From Octopus sinensis (taxonomy: Eukaryota): a stretch of 64,000 bases of DNA. The position numbers and the translations under genes are program-made. Of the stretch, positions 51,369-64,000 are shown one piece after another. The notes below the pieces were generated by a model, which saw only the letters and a program-made list of their open reading frames with translations, ran no database searches and was not told where the DNA came from. How positions within the stretch are numbered: the first letter of the stretch is position 1; every line of letters starts with the position of its first letter. Location: positions 1 to 64,000 of the forward strand of contig NW_021835982.1 in assembly GCF_006345805.1 (NCBI RefSeq), read 5' to 3'.

Positions 51369-53087
51369 ACCAGGTCGATGTGCTTGTGGCTCGACACTAT
51401 GACGGTGACGACGTCCCCGTATGCAGACACGCTCCTCCTGCATCACATCTCTCGTGAGATGCCCCTCAGTGTTGCCAGTTTCCGCAATAGTGGCTCAAGA
51501 GTCAATACATACAGAGGCGATGAGAGGGGGCATTCTTGGTGAACCGAATGCATGATGTTAAACGGTTTAGATAGATGACCATTTACGCGAACTGCCGAGC
51601 GGATGCCGCTGTATAAGGCAACGATCCAACCGCAGAAGATGGGATCGAAACCAGCCGCTTTAAGTACAGCCTCCAAGTAGTGATGGTCTACCCTATCGTA
51701 GCTTTTGATTGATCCAAATTGATCAGCACCCCACCCATGCCAGGATCCTTAACTACCCTGTCTATGATGTAGCGCATCAGATGGAGGTTGTCATGGATAC
51801 TCCTACCCGACACGGCGAACGTTTGCGCCCTGTCAACTAGTTTTTCGATGACAAGCGCCAACCTCTCGGCTAACACCTTGGCCAAAATTTTCAAATCTGC
51901 GTTGAACAGAGTGATGGGCCTGAAATTATCTATGACGTCCCACTTGTTTGGATCTTTCTTTAGCAGTGCCACTACTCCTTGCTTTACAAAGGCGGGGATA
52001 CTCCCGTTTTGCTGCCAGTTGCAGCAGACAGCTGCTAAGTCGCCTCCAAACAAGTCTGGTATATGACAATAAAGTTCGTAGTGCAGACCATCTAAGCCTG
52101 GTGACTTGTCTCTCGCGCAGCCTGGCACCGCATCCCGTATGTCTGCGGCTGTGATGGGTTTTTCACAACACTCCGCCTCTCTTGCTGAGAGTTGTGGCAG
52201 GGCATGCAGGTAGGCACTAAAGTCCACTCTGCGGTCTGACCCACCACTTGTCCCAAACAGTTGGGTAAAGTGTTGTTGAAAAGCCTCACACATCCTTTCA
52301 GGCTGGAGTAATTCGTCCCCATGTTCATCTGTAAGTGACCTGATGGTGGCTCTGTTGCCTCGTTGCGTCTCCACCACTCGGGCCCCCCCGGGCGGCTCCA
52401 AATCCTTCGTTCCTCAGAGCATGCATCCTAACTCTGACAACGCATCCTTCGTGTTTGGCGTTGAGGTGCTGGTCGAGGGCCAACCTCGCTGCCAGCACGT
52501 TGGAAGCGATGCCAGATCTAAGTGCCTCATCTAAATTCTTAACTAAGTCTCCCTCTATTCTATTTCGGTCTAATGCTAGGGCCTTACTGTACATAACCGA
52601 GTCTGCTTTAATTGATTTCTTTAGAGTATACCACCATCTTTTGTTGATGATGGCACACCGTCAAAGCTCTCTTAACTAATGTGCTAATCCGGTCCCTATA
52701 AGCGTGGCGTGACGTGAAAAATGCGTTCAGCTTCCAGTAACCAGGACCCTGCCTATGAGTCTTATCTAAGTCAAGTGTACAAGTCACAAGTTTGTGGTCT
52801 GTGTAGCTGACTATATGGAACTCTGTACAACCTACACTATCTTTATCTACTGCCCTACAGAGTACTCTATCTAAGTACGACCTGACGACCCGATGCGGTT
52901 GCTCCATTTCACCATTGGCACATTCGGGTGGTCCAGTCGGTACCTGTCAGATAGTTGGAAACGTCTGAGCAGGTCTTTGAGGCATCTGCACCTCCTCCTA
53001 TTACTATCTCTGCCCACATAATCTAGATACGTGTCCAGGGTGGCGTTCCAATATCCCACTAAAAGTAAAGGTCGAGACGTTCCCAGG
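51369..53087 (-). mobile_element. L1/Tx1-group LINE copy C (mid-APE to just past YADD; truncated at both ends)
   Basis: ORFs 51688-52401 and 51443-51676 are colinear with copy D. The 5' junction abuts (GATA)n at 53088. Confidence 0.92.
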
Positions 53088-53125
53088 AGATAGATAGTTA
53101 GAGAGATAGATAGTTAGAGAGATAA

Positions 53126-53171
<46 letters not shown>

Positions 53172-53229
53172 GGATGGATGGATAGATAGATAAATAGATA
53201 GATAGACAGACAGATAGATAGATAGATAA

Positions 53230-53304
<75 letters not shown>

Positions 53305-53312
53305 GATAGATA
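53088..53312. repeat. (GATA)n microsatellite separating LINE copies C and D
   Basis: Direct reading. Confidence 0.97.
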
Positions 53313-53710
53313 TGTTTCTTTATTAGCCACATAGGGCTGCACACAGATAGAACAAATTACAAGGTAGAGCTTTTCTTTTGAAGGTTTAAAAAAAAAAATA
53401 AATAAATAAATAAATAAAATAAAAATAAAAAAGGGGGGTCGATCAAAAGGGATCGTAAAAGGAGAGAAAGAGGACAAAAAAAAAGGGGGGGTTAAAAAAA
53501 AGGGGGAGAGGAAAAAAATTGATCAATAGGGATCGTTATCACAGAAATGTCAATATGAAGTGTAAAGGGGAGGACAGGTGAGGTTTACCCGTGGAAAGAA
53601 AAGCCTACGGAAAAGACCACGGTAACCTCGGTCAATGAAGTCACATGTTATATTTCTTTTTTTTTTTTTTTTTTTGCAAATAAGCAACTCTCTGTATTAA
53701 TTTTTACGGT

Positions 53711-56700
53711 TCATAGAATCATAGTCAAGGTGGCTTCGTCATTCATACGTGCCATCCTTGCTACATTCACCCATCTTTTTTTAAAACATTCACTAGACAA
53801 AACTTGCCTCTCTACTCTCACTTTTTTTCTTCAAGTGATACTTGAAGAAGTTGATGAGAGATTGACCAGAGAGGAAAGTGTTTGTCTCTAACCTTTCAGA
53901 CGCGTCCACCAGATACATTATTTCGCCATAGCCACAAGTATGATAAAAATAGCTCTTCCTTCCCGTTTGAAGGAAGGAGGCGTGACGATATTAACGATAG
54001 ACTCGGCTGATAAACCGACACGTCCCACACGTGACAGCAGTCGTTCGACATAAGCCCACAGGTGGGAAATTGCTGGACACTGCACGATTGCGTGCAGAGC
54101 GGTTTCGTCGCTCTGCCCGCATCTCGGGCAGGTCGGCCCCGTGTTTCTCGAGCCATGCCTATAGAGCTTATCCCGAACGGGTAGCGCTTCTCGGTAGCAC
54201 CGCCAGGCCAGGGATCTCTGGAAGTTGTCCATAGGTCCCGGGCCGAAAGTCGTTTGAAACAGGCGGGTCAGGTATTCCTCGTCGACGCCCAGGTTTGCCC
54301 CGAGCTCGTCGTCGTACCTCCCCTCCACTAATCCCCTATAGAATGCTTTGGTTGTGTTGAAGTCACTCAAGGTCGAGCCGGGACGGCAGAGTTGCTTGAG
54401 AGCAACGCGACACTCGCGGTGCCAATCGCCCTTCTTCGGCCTCTTTTTGATCCACAACTGTAGTTCGGTCATGGAGACGAGTTGCGGGAATGCGTGCCTC
54501 ACAAACGGCGACCACACCTGTTCACCGTCGTCTACATAGAGCCGGAGATGTCGCAGTCTCAGCGCGTGTCTGCGCATCATCAACCACGGCATGCCCAGCC
54601 CCTCATTTTAACGGGTGTTGACAGCAAATGGATCGCCTGACCATCGGGACGCATCCTTTCCACAAGAAGCGGACGAGAGGATGCGTTCTAGTTTGGTGAT
54701 GGTAGGGTCGGGACAAGGTACGACGGTCAGGCGGTAGTAGATGATGGACGCGATGTGTACGCGTTCACCACCTCCGCCCGACCTTTTAGGGACAGTTTCC
54801 TCTCGGCCCATTGCTGGGCGAGAGAGTGACCACCCTACTCGTTATCTCGTTCCAGTTCTTCTCCATTTGGAGGTCCGGACCGAACCAGACCCCGAGCAAC
54901 TCAACGGGCCGTCTGTCCAGCGTCCCACGACGGAGGTACTGGTGGACGGCATGGGCTTGCTTCTCCAGGTGCCGAGCCGCAAGCCCACTGACTTTTCCCG
55001 GTTGATTTTTGCTCCTGTCACCGCTTCGTAGTCTTTCAGTGTCTCGCCGACCCGCTCGATGTGCTCGTGGCTTGACACTATGACGGTGACGTCGTCGCGT
55101 ATGCAGACACGCTCGTCCCGCACCCTAATTCTCGCGGGATGCCCCTCAGAGTCGCCAGCTTCCGCAGTAGTGGCTCAAGAGTCAAACGTATAGAAGCGCC
55201 GAGAGGGGGCATCCCTGACGGACCGAACGTGCAATGTCGAAGGGTCTCGATAGATGTCCATTTACGCGAATTACCGAACGGATGCCTCTGTACAAGGCAG
55301 CTATCCAGCCGCGGAAGACGGGCCCGAAACCAGCCGCTCTCAGGACTGCCTCCAAGTATCGATGGTCTACCCTATCAAAGGCTTTCGATTGATCCAAGTT
55401 GATCAGGGCCCCACCCATGCCAGGTTCGTTAACTACCCTGTCTATGATGTAGCGCATCAGATGGAGGTTGTCATGGATGCTCCGGCCCGGCACGGCGCAC
55501 GTTTGTGCGTTGTCGACCAGTTTCTCCATGACAAGCGCCAACCTCTTGGCTAACACCTTTGTCGAAATTTTCAGGTCTGCATTGAGCAGAGTGATTGGCC
55601 TAAAGTTATCTATAATGTTTCCCTTGTTTGGATCTTTCTTCAGCAGAGTTACAGCTCCTCGACTCACAAAACCGGGTATGCTCCCGTTTTGCTGCCAGTT
55701 GCAGTATACCGCTGCCAAGACGTCTCAAACAAGTCTGGCATACAATAGTAAAATTCGTAGGGTAGACCATCCAAACCCGGTGATTTGTCCCTCGAGCATT
55801 CTGCCATCGCTTCCCGACTTCCGCCGCCGTGATGGCACCTTCGCAGCACCCTGCCTTTCTTGTCGAGAGTCGTGGCAGGCTATGTAGGTAGGCACTGAAG
55901 TCTACCCTACGTTCTTGCCCTCCACTCGTCCCGAACAGTCGGGCAAAATGCTGCTGAAAGGCCTCACACATTTTACTTGGCTCGAGCAATTCGCCCCCTG
56001 TTCATCTACCAGTGACCGAATGGTGGCTTTGTTGCCCTGTTGCACCTCTGCACCCGGGCCTCTCTCGCGGCTCCAACACCTTCGTTCCTTAGAGCACGCA
56101 TCCTAGCTCTGACAGCACATCCTTCGTGTTTGGCGTTGAAGTGTTGGTCGAGGGCCAACCTCGCCGCCAAAACGTCGGATGCGATGCCGCTTCTAATTGC
56201 CTCTTCTAGCTTCTTAACTAGCTCACCCTCTACTCTATTTCTATCTATGGCTAGTGCTTTGCTGTACCTAATCGCTTCTGCTTTTACTGCTCTCTTGAGG
56301 GCAAAACACCATTTGTTGTTGATGATGGCTCCCGTCAAAGCCCTCTTTACTAGTGTGCTAATCCGGTCTCTGAAAACTTGTCTGGACGGGAATGATGCGT
56401 TCAGTTTCCAGTTCCCAGGACCCTGTCTATGTGCCTTATCTAAGTCTAGCGTACACGTCACCAATTTGTGATCCGTGTAGCTGACTGTGTGGAATTGTGG
56501 ACATCCTAAGTTATCTTGTCTACTGTCCTACACAGTATCCTATCTAGATACGATCTCGACGACCCACTGCGGTTGCTCCATGTCCACGTTGGTGCATTTG
56601 GGTGGTTAGTCGGTACCTGTCAGACAGTTGGAATCGTCTGAGCAGGTCTCTGAGGCATTTGCATCCCCTTCTGTTTCTGTCTCTACCCACGTAGTCTACA

Positions 56701-57146
56701 TGCGTGTCCAAGGTAGCATTCCAATCCCCCACTAAGAGTAAAGGACGAGACGTTCCCAAGAATACTTCTAGACGTCGAAAGAAATCCGCCCGACCTGTTA
56801 AGGGCGGTGCGTAGACTGATACGAGTCGAAAAGCGCACCCATTGCTGCCGTCAACATCCAGAACGATCAGTCTACCCTCCGGGTCTACGAATATCGTCTT
56901 GACTTCGAGATCCAGGCTCTTGTGAAAAAGTACCGCGGTGCCACTACCGCCCATCCTCGGCAGACAGGGAGCGAAATAAATGTTAAACTGTCCGCCAAAC
57001 ATGACTTTAGGGCCCGTGGCTCGTGGAGTCTGGTCTCACTTATGGCTATGATTCCCAAATCAGGTGGACTTGATGTCATTTAGGAGGTATCCTTGTTTCC
57101 AAGGAGACCCCAAGCCACGCGCATTCACACAACCAATCTTGACCAT
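53711..57146 (-). pseudogene. LINE ORF2: APE endonuclease, reverse transcriptase, CCHC (frameshifted)
   Basis: MVKIGCVNARGL start (ATG at 57146), ISETRL, VYAP, VGDWNATL, YTDHKLV, RQGCPLS (about 55206-55220), YADD region (55091-55104, 1-nt deletion), CPRCGQSDETALHAIVQC, stop at 53711-53713. Confidence 0.9.
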
Positions 57147-57150
57147 GATT

Positions 57151-59290
57151 CTATTGGGGTGTGTGCTTTAAAACACACAAATGAAAGTACAGAGAGTTAC
57201 TTACTGGTGTCGAAAGTTTTGGCTTCCTCGTTCTTTGATGCGTCTTCGAGGAGGTTTCTATATAGTTTTTGGGACAGATATTTCTGGAAACCCCTACAGC
57301 ATTTGGGAAGAGGGCTTTGAGTTTGTGGTGTTGTGTTTGTGATGTGTAGTATTTTGATGTGTTTGGGTGGTGTAGTGCGTGGATGATTGCTATTTTTAAA
57401 GTCATCTTCACAAATGTTTGTGTATCCTGTGATGTACTCCATTAGTTTGGAGTCTTTTGTGTCTATCGCTGATAGCATTGTTTTTGTGGTGTTGGTGCTT
57501 GTTTTGTTGTGTATGGAGTTTTCAGGGTTCAGGTATCTCCCTGCTTTGGTTGCGATTTCTTGTTTGGTTTTTCTTGATCTTTTTCTTTTACCCCCTGTGG
57601 CTATTTGCCATTCTGTCGAACTTTCATCGTTAGATGAAAAGTCTGACGAATCAGCAGGGGGCAAGGGTAAAGCGTCTGGGTGTTTTGTGCGGTTGTAGAT
57701 ATTGTTGTGGTGCGCGGGGAGGGTGTTGCTGGGGTTTGTTGTGGTTATTGTCTCTCCTACATCCTTGGTGCTTGTCTTCTTCGTTGTTATTCTTGTGTTG
57801 GAATTGGTTTATTTTGTTGGTGGTGATGATTCTGTTCTTGGCGCTGGTGTTGGTGTTGTTTGGTTGGGTTGGCTTGTTCTTTGTTGTTTTTTTCCTGCAT
57901 TTCCGCATACAGCTTCTTGACTAGCTGTCCATATTGTGGTGTGGGCAATAATCCTGGCTTTTGTGATTTTTCCTGTGGCTGTTGTTGTTGTTGTAATTTT
58001 GCGGCAGATTTGCACTCCTTTTTGAGATGTGCCTCACTGCCCATTTAAGCATCGTGGCCTTCTGCCCTCGACTACTACGTATAACTTGCGGCCATCCTCA
58101 AGATGTACGTGGGTGGGGATTTTATTTATGTCCTCTTGACTTATGTGGAAGAGGAACTCTATTCTCTTTCCCAGCCAGTCCTTGTTTTCCGAAACACCGA
58201 TATCTAGGATGTTTATGTCCTCCATTTCGGATGTTAAGGCGGATGTAATCCACAGTGTTGTAGTCACTTGGGGACACCACTGATAATGACTTTCGTCACC
58301 TTCTGGCCGAAGTAACTCGGTGTCAACGTTAGTTCATCAGAATGAAGTGTTATCGTTGAGAATTTCTTCGCCAACTCTTCATTCTGAAAAACCACCTGTA
58401 CGTGTGCGAACTTGTTCGCCCAAGTCCACAATCCTTGTATCCCCAGATGGGGCGTAAGCACTTTTCGACTTTGTCTGTGCTTGCCTTTTCTGGACTTTTT
58501 GTTTTTTTATTTGTGATTTTATATACAATTGTCTTTTTTTCTCCTCATTCAGTATGTGCTGAGGTATGTGTAAGAGTATTTTTCCGTTTTGATTTGTAAT
58601 AAGTTTCTGCAATCTTTAATCTGTTGTGTAGTAAACGAAACTTTTGTTACCTTTTCTTTATCGCCTCGGCGAAGTTTTTTGTTGTTTCGTTATTGTTGTT
58701 ACTGCCGGTGTGTTGGTGTTGATGGCAGGGGTGTGGGTTGTAGGTTTGTGGTTGCTGATTATGCAACTAGCAAGGGGTGGAAAATTGCCTGCGTAATTTA
58801 GTCCTGCATTAGCGCAAATTTCGGCATTTCGTTTGCTTGTCGTCGTTATTTTTTCACTTGTTGGTGATGGAGTGAGCAGTGGTTGAAGGGAATTGTTGTT
58901 GTCGTCGTCGTTTGTTGTTGTTGTTGTTGTTGTTGTTATTGTCGTTCTTGGTGAGCGGCGGTGGTGTTAGTAGTATTAGTAGCATTGACGGCACGGTCTT
59001 TGGTGGCGGTGATGTTGGTATTGTTATTGGTGGCGACGTCTTTAGTAGGGATAGCAGTTTTAGTAGCAGATTCTGCCATGGTGTTGTTGTCGGTGTTGGT
59101 GGTGGTGGTGGACTCACTGACTGATGTTGACGGTGCTTGGCCTTGCGACCTTTGTTTTGTATTTGTTGCTGTTGTCGATGTTGATGGTGGCGGAGTTGTC
59201 AGGTTCAGCGTAAGGTAACAGAGCATCCTGTTTTTCTGCCTCTGCGTCACGCTTGACTTGCACCTCAGCCTCGTGGTGACCAGTGGCCAT
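57151..59290 (-). pseudogene. LINE ORF1 (about 700 aa, low-complexity T/N/Q-rich, degraded zinc knuckle), frameshifted
   Basis: Chain of minus-strand ORFs from MATGHHEAE (59290) to ...KHTPQ* (57151). The central VVVEGRRPRCL..G..GHLKKEC region resembles a CCHC knuckle. The stop lies 5 nt before the ORF2 ATG. Confidence 0.7.
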
Positions 59291-59512
59291 TTTGGAAATA
59301 AAATGGCTAAATGAAACCACGAAGGCTATGAGAATATTTTCTTTTAAATTTTGCCCACAAGGGGCAAAATTTTGTGTAGATATTTATCAAAGGTTTGCAG
59401 TGGATGTTGTTGCACAACTTTTAAACACAAAATATTTCACAATAAACAATTTTCAACGTACAAAATGACCAACTTACGTGGAGCCCATTTGACTAGCGTC
59501 CGTCCAAGTCGA

Positions 59513-59513
59513 G

Positions 59514-59601
<88 letters not shown>

Positions 59602-59656
59602 GGATAGATAGATAGACAGATGGATAGATAGACGGAAAGAAAGAAAGAAAGAAAAA

Positions 59657-59688
<32 letters not shown>

Positions 59689-59690
59689 AA
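59513..59690. repeat. (GATA)n followed by (GAAA)n
   Basis: Direct reading. Confidence 0.97.
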
Positions 59691-59884
59691 ACCTCATACC
59701 TAATTACCTTGCAGAATTACCGCGTTACTTTCATTGAGCAGAACTCTCAAAAGGACTGGTGATGAATAAAAGCACTCGAAATAATATCAGTGAGACGAGA
59801 GTCGTCTGTTACGGCTACTGAAATTGCCAGATCACGTAATTTCACCATCGCATGGATTCGTCAGTGACAGATGTGTTCGAAATT

Positions 59885-60258
59885 TATTGGTGGGGGGCGG
59901 CAATCGATTAGATCGACCCCAGTACGCAACTGGTACTTAATTTATGGAACCTGAAAGGATGAAAGAAAAAGCCGGCCTCTGCGGAATTTGAACTCAGAAC
60001 GTTAAGACAGACGAAATACCAATTTCTTTACTACCCACAATTTCTTTACTACACACAGAGAGGACAAACAAGGACAGGCAAACGAATTAAGTCGATTATA
60101 TCGACTCCAGTGCGTAACTGGTACTTATTTAATCGACCCCCGCATGGATGAAAGGCAAAGTTGACCTCGGTGGAATTTGAACTCAGAACGTAGCGGCAGA
60201 CGAAATACTGCTAAGCATTTCGCCCGGCGCGTTGATGTTCCTGACAGCTTGCCGTCTT
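59885..60258 (-). mobile_element. Meta-like SINE family C dimer
   Basis: Full head at 60258, tail 1, junction at about 60019, then a headless unit with tail 2. Confidence 0.8.
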
Positions 60259-60426
60259 ACTCAACCTCATACATATGCACACGCCAAATGTGACATTGTT
60301 ATTTAACGGAGCTTTGTATTATACAAGATTTCTCAGAAGAGAATATGGATTTGTACATACATACATGCATACATACATACAAATATACATACATACATAC
60401 ATACATACATACATACATACATACAT

Positions 60427-60813
60427 GTGGAGGCTCAATGGCCCAGTGGTTAGGGCAGCGGACTCGCGGTCATAGGATCGCGGTTTCGATTCCCAGACCG
60501 GGCGTTGTGAGTGTTTATTAAGCGAAAAGACCTAAAGCTCCACGAGGCCCCGGCAGCTGGGGTGGTGGCGAATCCTGCTGTATTCTTTCACCACAACTTT
60601 CTCCAACTATTACTTCCTGTTTCCGTTGTACCTGTACTTCAAAGGGCCGGCCTTGTCACTCTCTGTGTCACGCTGAATATCCCCGAGAACTACGTTAAGG
60701 GTACACGTGTCTGTGGAGTGCTCAGCCACTTACACGTTAATTTCACGAGCAGGCTGTTCCGTTTATTCGGATCAACCGGAACCCTCGTCGTCGTAACCGA
60801 CGGAGTGCTTCCA
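60427..60813 (+). mobile_element. SINE family A (tail i) within (ATAC)n
   Basis: Near-identical to 43174-43562. Confidence 0.9.
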
Positions 60814-61559
60814 CATACATACATACATACATAGCTGTCTGGAGCAAATTATGGCTGAACTGGTAAGATAAGGTAATTCCTTGATTCATACACTACAAAC
60901 GATTACAGTAACCGAAACTATGAAAATCTCGAAGACCTTGTTAAGACTTAACGGATGATGAACATAACAAAATACTTTCGTTCACAACCTTGCTACTAAT
61001 TAAGTGGCCGGTCAAAATGTATTCTAAATTTAAAAGATAAAGAGAAAATATATACAAACGCTCATACATGCAAAAATGCATAACATACATACATACATAC
61101 ATACATACATACATACATACATACATACATACAACATACATACATACATACAAACATACATACACTATTCCTAGAGAATTTCATCAGATTTATTTTCAGA
61201 ATAATATTCATAGCCCTATCTAATGAATCAGAACAAAAGATTACTATTAATACTAACTTATACGTTGTCATTTTTTAGATTTTACCATAAATTCAGATAT
61301 CAAAATATTTTATCTATTAAGAAACCAAACAAGAATGTGGAGCGCGTAAATATAGCTTCTAGTAATCCTCCTGTTATTACAGATAATTTAGTTAGCAGTA
61401 TTAATATATACTTATCCAGAATTTCATCTTATATTTCTTTAAAAACAGTTCCTAATAATAATTTAACGTTTATGCACGATTGCTTTCACGATAAGATTAA
61501 TTCCATAAATATTAATAATAACAAGTATGCTTTTGTAATTATGGCACAAGGCCAACGAC

Positions 61560-62190
61560 TTTAGTGAGGGTGAGTGTAAGTCGATTAAATGAAACACAGT
61601 ACTTGATTGGTACTCTAATTTATCGAGTCCGAAAAGATGAAAGGCAAAGTCAAATTTGAATTCAGGCCGTAGAACCGGAAAAGATGCTTATAAGCCTTTT
61701 GTCCAACGCATTAACAACTCTGCCTGGCAATATAAGCACAGTACCTCATATTGTTTTGTTTTTTGGGGCGGGTGGTGCTGTGAGACTGGCTGGCTGGGTA
61801 AAGGAATTAGTTTTATTTCATGGACCTCAGTACTCAAAAGATACTTAATTTATCGACTCATGAATAGATGAAAGGCAAAGTTGACCTCGGCAAAGATTTG
61901 ACTTAAAACATTGGAAAAAGTGTATCTAATCATTTTGTCCAGCGTATTAAGAATTCTGTCAGCTAATCGTTTAAATTCGTTTTTCAATAGGCACGAAACC
62001 TGAAATTTTTGTGGGAAGGGATTAGTCGATTATTTCGACGCCAGCTTTTAACTGGTACTTATTTCATCCACCACGAAAGAATAAACAGCAAAAGCGACCT
62101 CACGAGAAATTGAACGCAGAATATAGAGCCAGAAGAGATGTCGCTAAGTATCTTATCCGGCGTGCTAACGACTCTGCTATCTCACCGACT
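61560..62190 (-). mobile_element. cluster of about three diverged SINE family C copies
   Basis: Repeated ATCGA...GATGAAAGGCAAAG core remnants at about 61620, 61860 and 62060. Confidence 0.65.
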
Positions 62191-62226
62191 TAGTAATAAT
62201 AATTATATATATTTTTTTTTTCAGAG

Positions 62227-62615
62227 GCAAAGCGGTGAGTTGGTGGTATCATTAGCACACCAGACAAAGTGCTTAACGGTATTTCGTCTTTAAGTTCTGA
62301 GTTCAAATTCCGCCGAGGTCAACTTTGCCTTTCATCATTCGGGGTCGATAAATTAAGTACCAGTTACGCACTGGGGTTGATGTAATCGACTTAATCCGTT
62401 CGTCTGTCCTTGTTTGTCCCCTCTGTGTTTAGCCCCTTGTGGGTAGTAAAGAAATAGGTATTTCGTCTTTAAGTTCTGAGTTCAAATTCCGCCGAGGTCA
62501 ACTTTGCCTTTCATCATTCGGGGTCGATAAAATAAGTACTAGTTGGGAACTAAGGCCGATGTAATCAACTATACCTCTCCCCCAAAATTCCACGCCTTGT
62601 GCCAACAGTAGAAAG
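62227..62615 (+). mobile_element. Meta-like SINE family C dimer
   Basis: Head, body and tail 1, then junction AAAGAAATAG|GTATTTCGTC at about 62457, then body and tail 2. Confidence 0.85.
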
Positions 62616-63187
62616 GGTTATTTTATACAGAGGCAAATATAAAACGCAGAGCGATATGATACAATCTCCCATTTAGCAATTCTGTGCGTAAAATATAACT
62701 AAAATAGAATGTGCATTACATAATTGCTTAGAAAGTAAGGTAACAAAATCGTTAGAGCATCGGAAAAATTTGAACCTTGTCCAATCAAGTCCATTCAGCC
62801 TTTTTATACATCGCCCAGTGTTGCTTTCCGTTTTTTCTAAGATCGTAGGCTTTCATTTGAGAGAAACTCGGTCAATATATTTAGCAGACTGAGCGATTTT
62901 ACAGGGTTACGATAATTGTGTTGGTTGCATGCCTGGGTGCTTGTTTGGTTGGTTTATTGTATCGTTGCTTGGCTGTTTAGTTGGTTAATTGGTTGTTTAG
63001 TTGGCTATTTTGTTTTTCAGTTGGTTATTTGGTACGTTTGCTACTCTGTTAGGCTGGTTGCTTGCTTTGTTGCTTGGTTGCTTGACTGCTTGCTTGATTA
63101 CATCGTTAGTTGGTTGATTGGCTGGTTCGCTGCCTAATATTTTCGGTGGTTGGTTGGCTAGCTCGTTTGCTTGTTTGGTTAGTTGCC

Positions 63188-63602
63188 TACTCTTTACTTG
63201 TTTCAGTCATTTGACTGCGGCCATGCTGGAGCACCGCCTTTAGTCGAGCAAATCGACCCCGGGACTTATTCTTTGTAAGCCCAGTACTTATTCTATCGGT
63301 CTCTTTTGCCGAACCGCTAAGTAACGGGGACGTAAACACACCAGCATCGGTTGTCAAGCAATGCTAGGGGGACAAACACAGACACACAAACATATACACA
63401 CACACACTTATATATATATATATATATATACATATATACGACAGGCTTCTTTCAGTTTCCGTCTACCAAATCCACTCACAAGGCATTGGTCGGCCCGGGG
63501 CTATAGCAGAAGACACTTGCCCAAGGTGCCACGCAGTGGGACTGAACTCGGAACCATGTGGCTGGTTAGCAAGCTACTTACCACACAGCCACTCCTGCGC
63601 CT
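63188..63602 (-). mobile_element. SINE family B, full length
   Basis: Head at 63602, tail at 63188; very similar to 47951-48356. Confidence 0.9.
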
Positions 63603-64000
63603 ATTTGTTTGTTTGCTTGCTTGAATACTATCAGTTTTGTTATTTTATGGTTGCTGTAGTTTAAGCTCTAAATAACCACTGAGTGAGCCAACAGATTCAC
63701 GATCAAACGCACTCTAGACAAGTGTTTGACATTTCTTTCGAACTGCTATTTCCAGCATTTCAAACGACCGCTTCGATGTTCTCTCGATGGCTCGTCTAAC
63801 CCTTTGTTTCAACCTTATCGGGGCATTAGGTACTGAGAGTTTAGGGAGTAGAAAAAGTTTCCTTAATTCTTATACCATTGCTCATGTCTGCGGTCCGATA
63901 CGGGTCACTGGTTGTAGTTAGAGCGCAAAATAGCTGAAAAATATCCCCCTTGCATAATTTCAGCGACATTTTCCGTCCAGTAAATTTGGAAATGGCCTTA

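Larger units (their letters stand above)
53313..59512 (-). mobile_element. near full-length (~6.2 kb) L1/Tx1-group LINE, copy D, flanked by (GATA)n on both sides
   Basis: About 220-nt 5' UTR, ORF1, ORF2 (APE-RT-CCHC) and a 3' UTR ending AATAAAGAAACA that runs into (ATCT)n. Its 3' UTR matches copy B, and its ORF2 matches copies A and C. Confidence 0.92.

Noticed and set aside
53711-59290. Copy D as an active element
   Set aside because: Multiple frameshifts, including one at YADD; activity cannot be claimed unless these prove to be sequencing errors.

Overview
AT-rich eukaryotic genomic DNA made almost entirely of microsatellites and transposable-element debris. The repeat repertoire (tRNA-headed SINEs of CORE-like and Meta-like type, huge (TA)n/(GATA)n/(CA)n arrays) resembles an octopus/cephalopod genome; this is inference. 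No host protein-coding gene is confidently recognisable. Contents: a near full-length two-ORF L1/Tx1-group LINE (53313-59512, minus) plus three partial copies, each abutting a (GATA)n/(ATCT)n array; CR1-group LINE fragments; a Dong/R4-type RLE retroelement inside (TAA)n; an RTE insertion with a 5' inversion and clean TSD; a Penelope GIY-YIG remnant; about eight minimal hammerhead-like motifs (one in a repeat with a tRNA-like head); a mariner and a DD37D (maT) transposase remnant; an internally deleted Helitron plus three non-autonomous Helitrons; three SINE superfamilies; a U6 pseudogene; and two large inverted repeats. Nearly all ORFs in the supplied track outside these elements are microsatellite artefacts. 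Many single-base frameshifts in the LINEs could be decay or sequencing indels; the sequence alone cannot distinguish these. Coordinates were counted by eye, and element boundaries in repeats are approximate.
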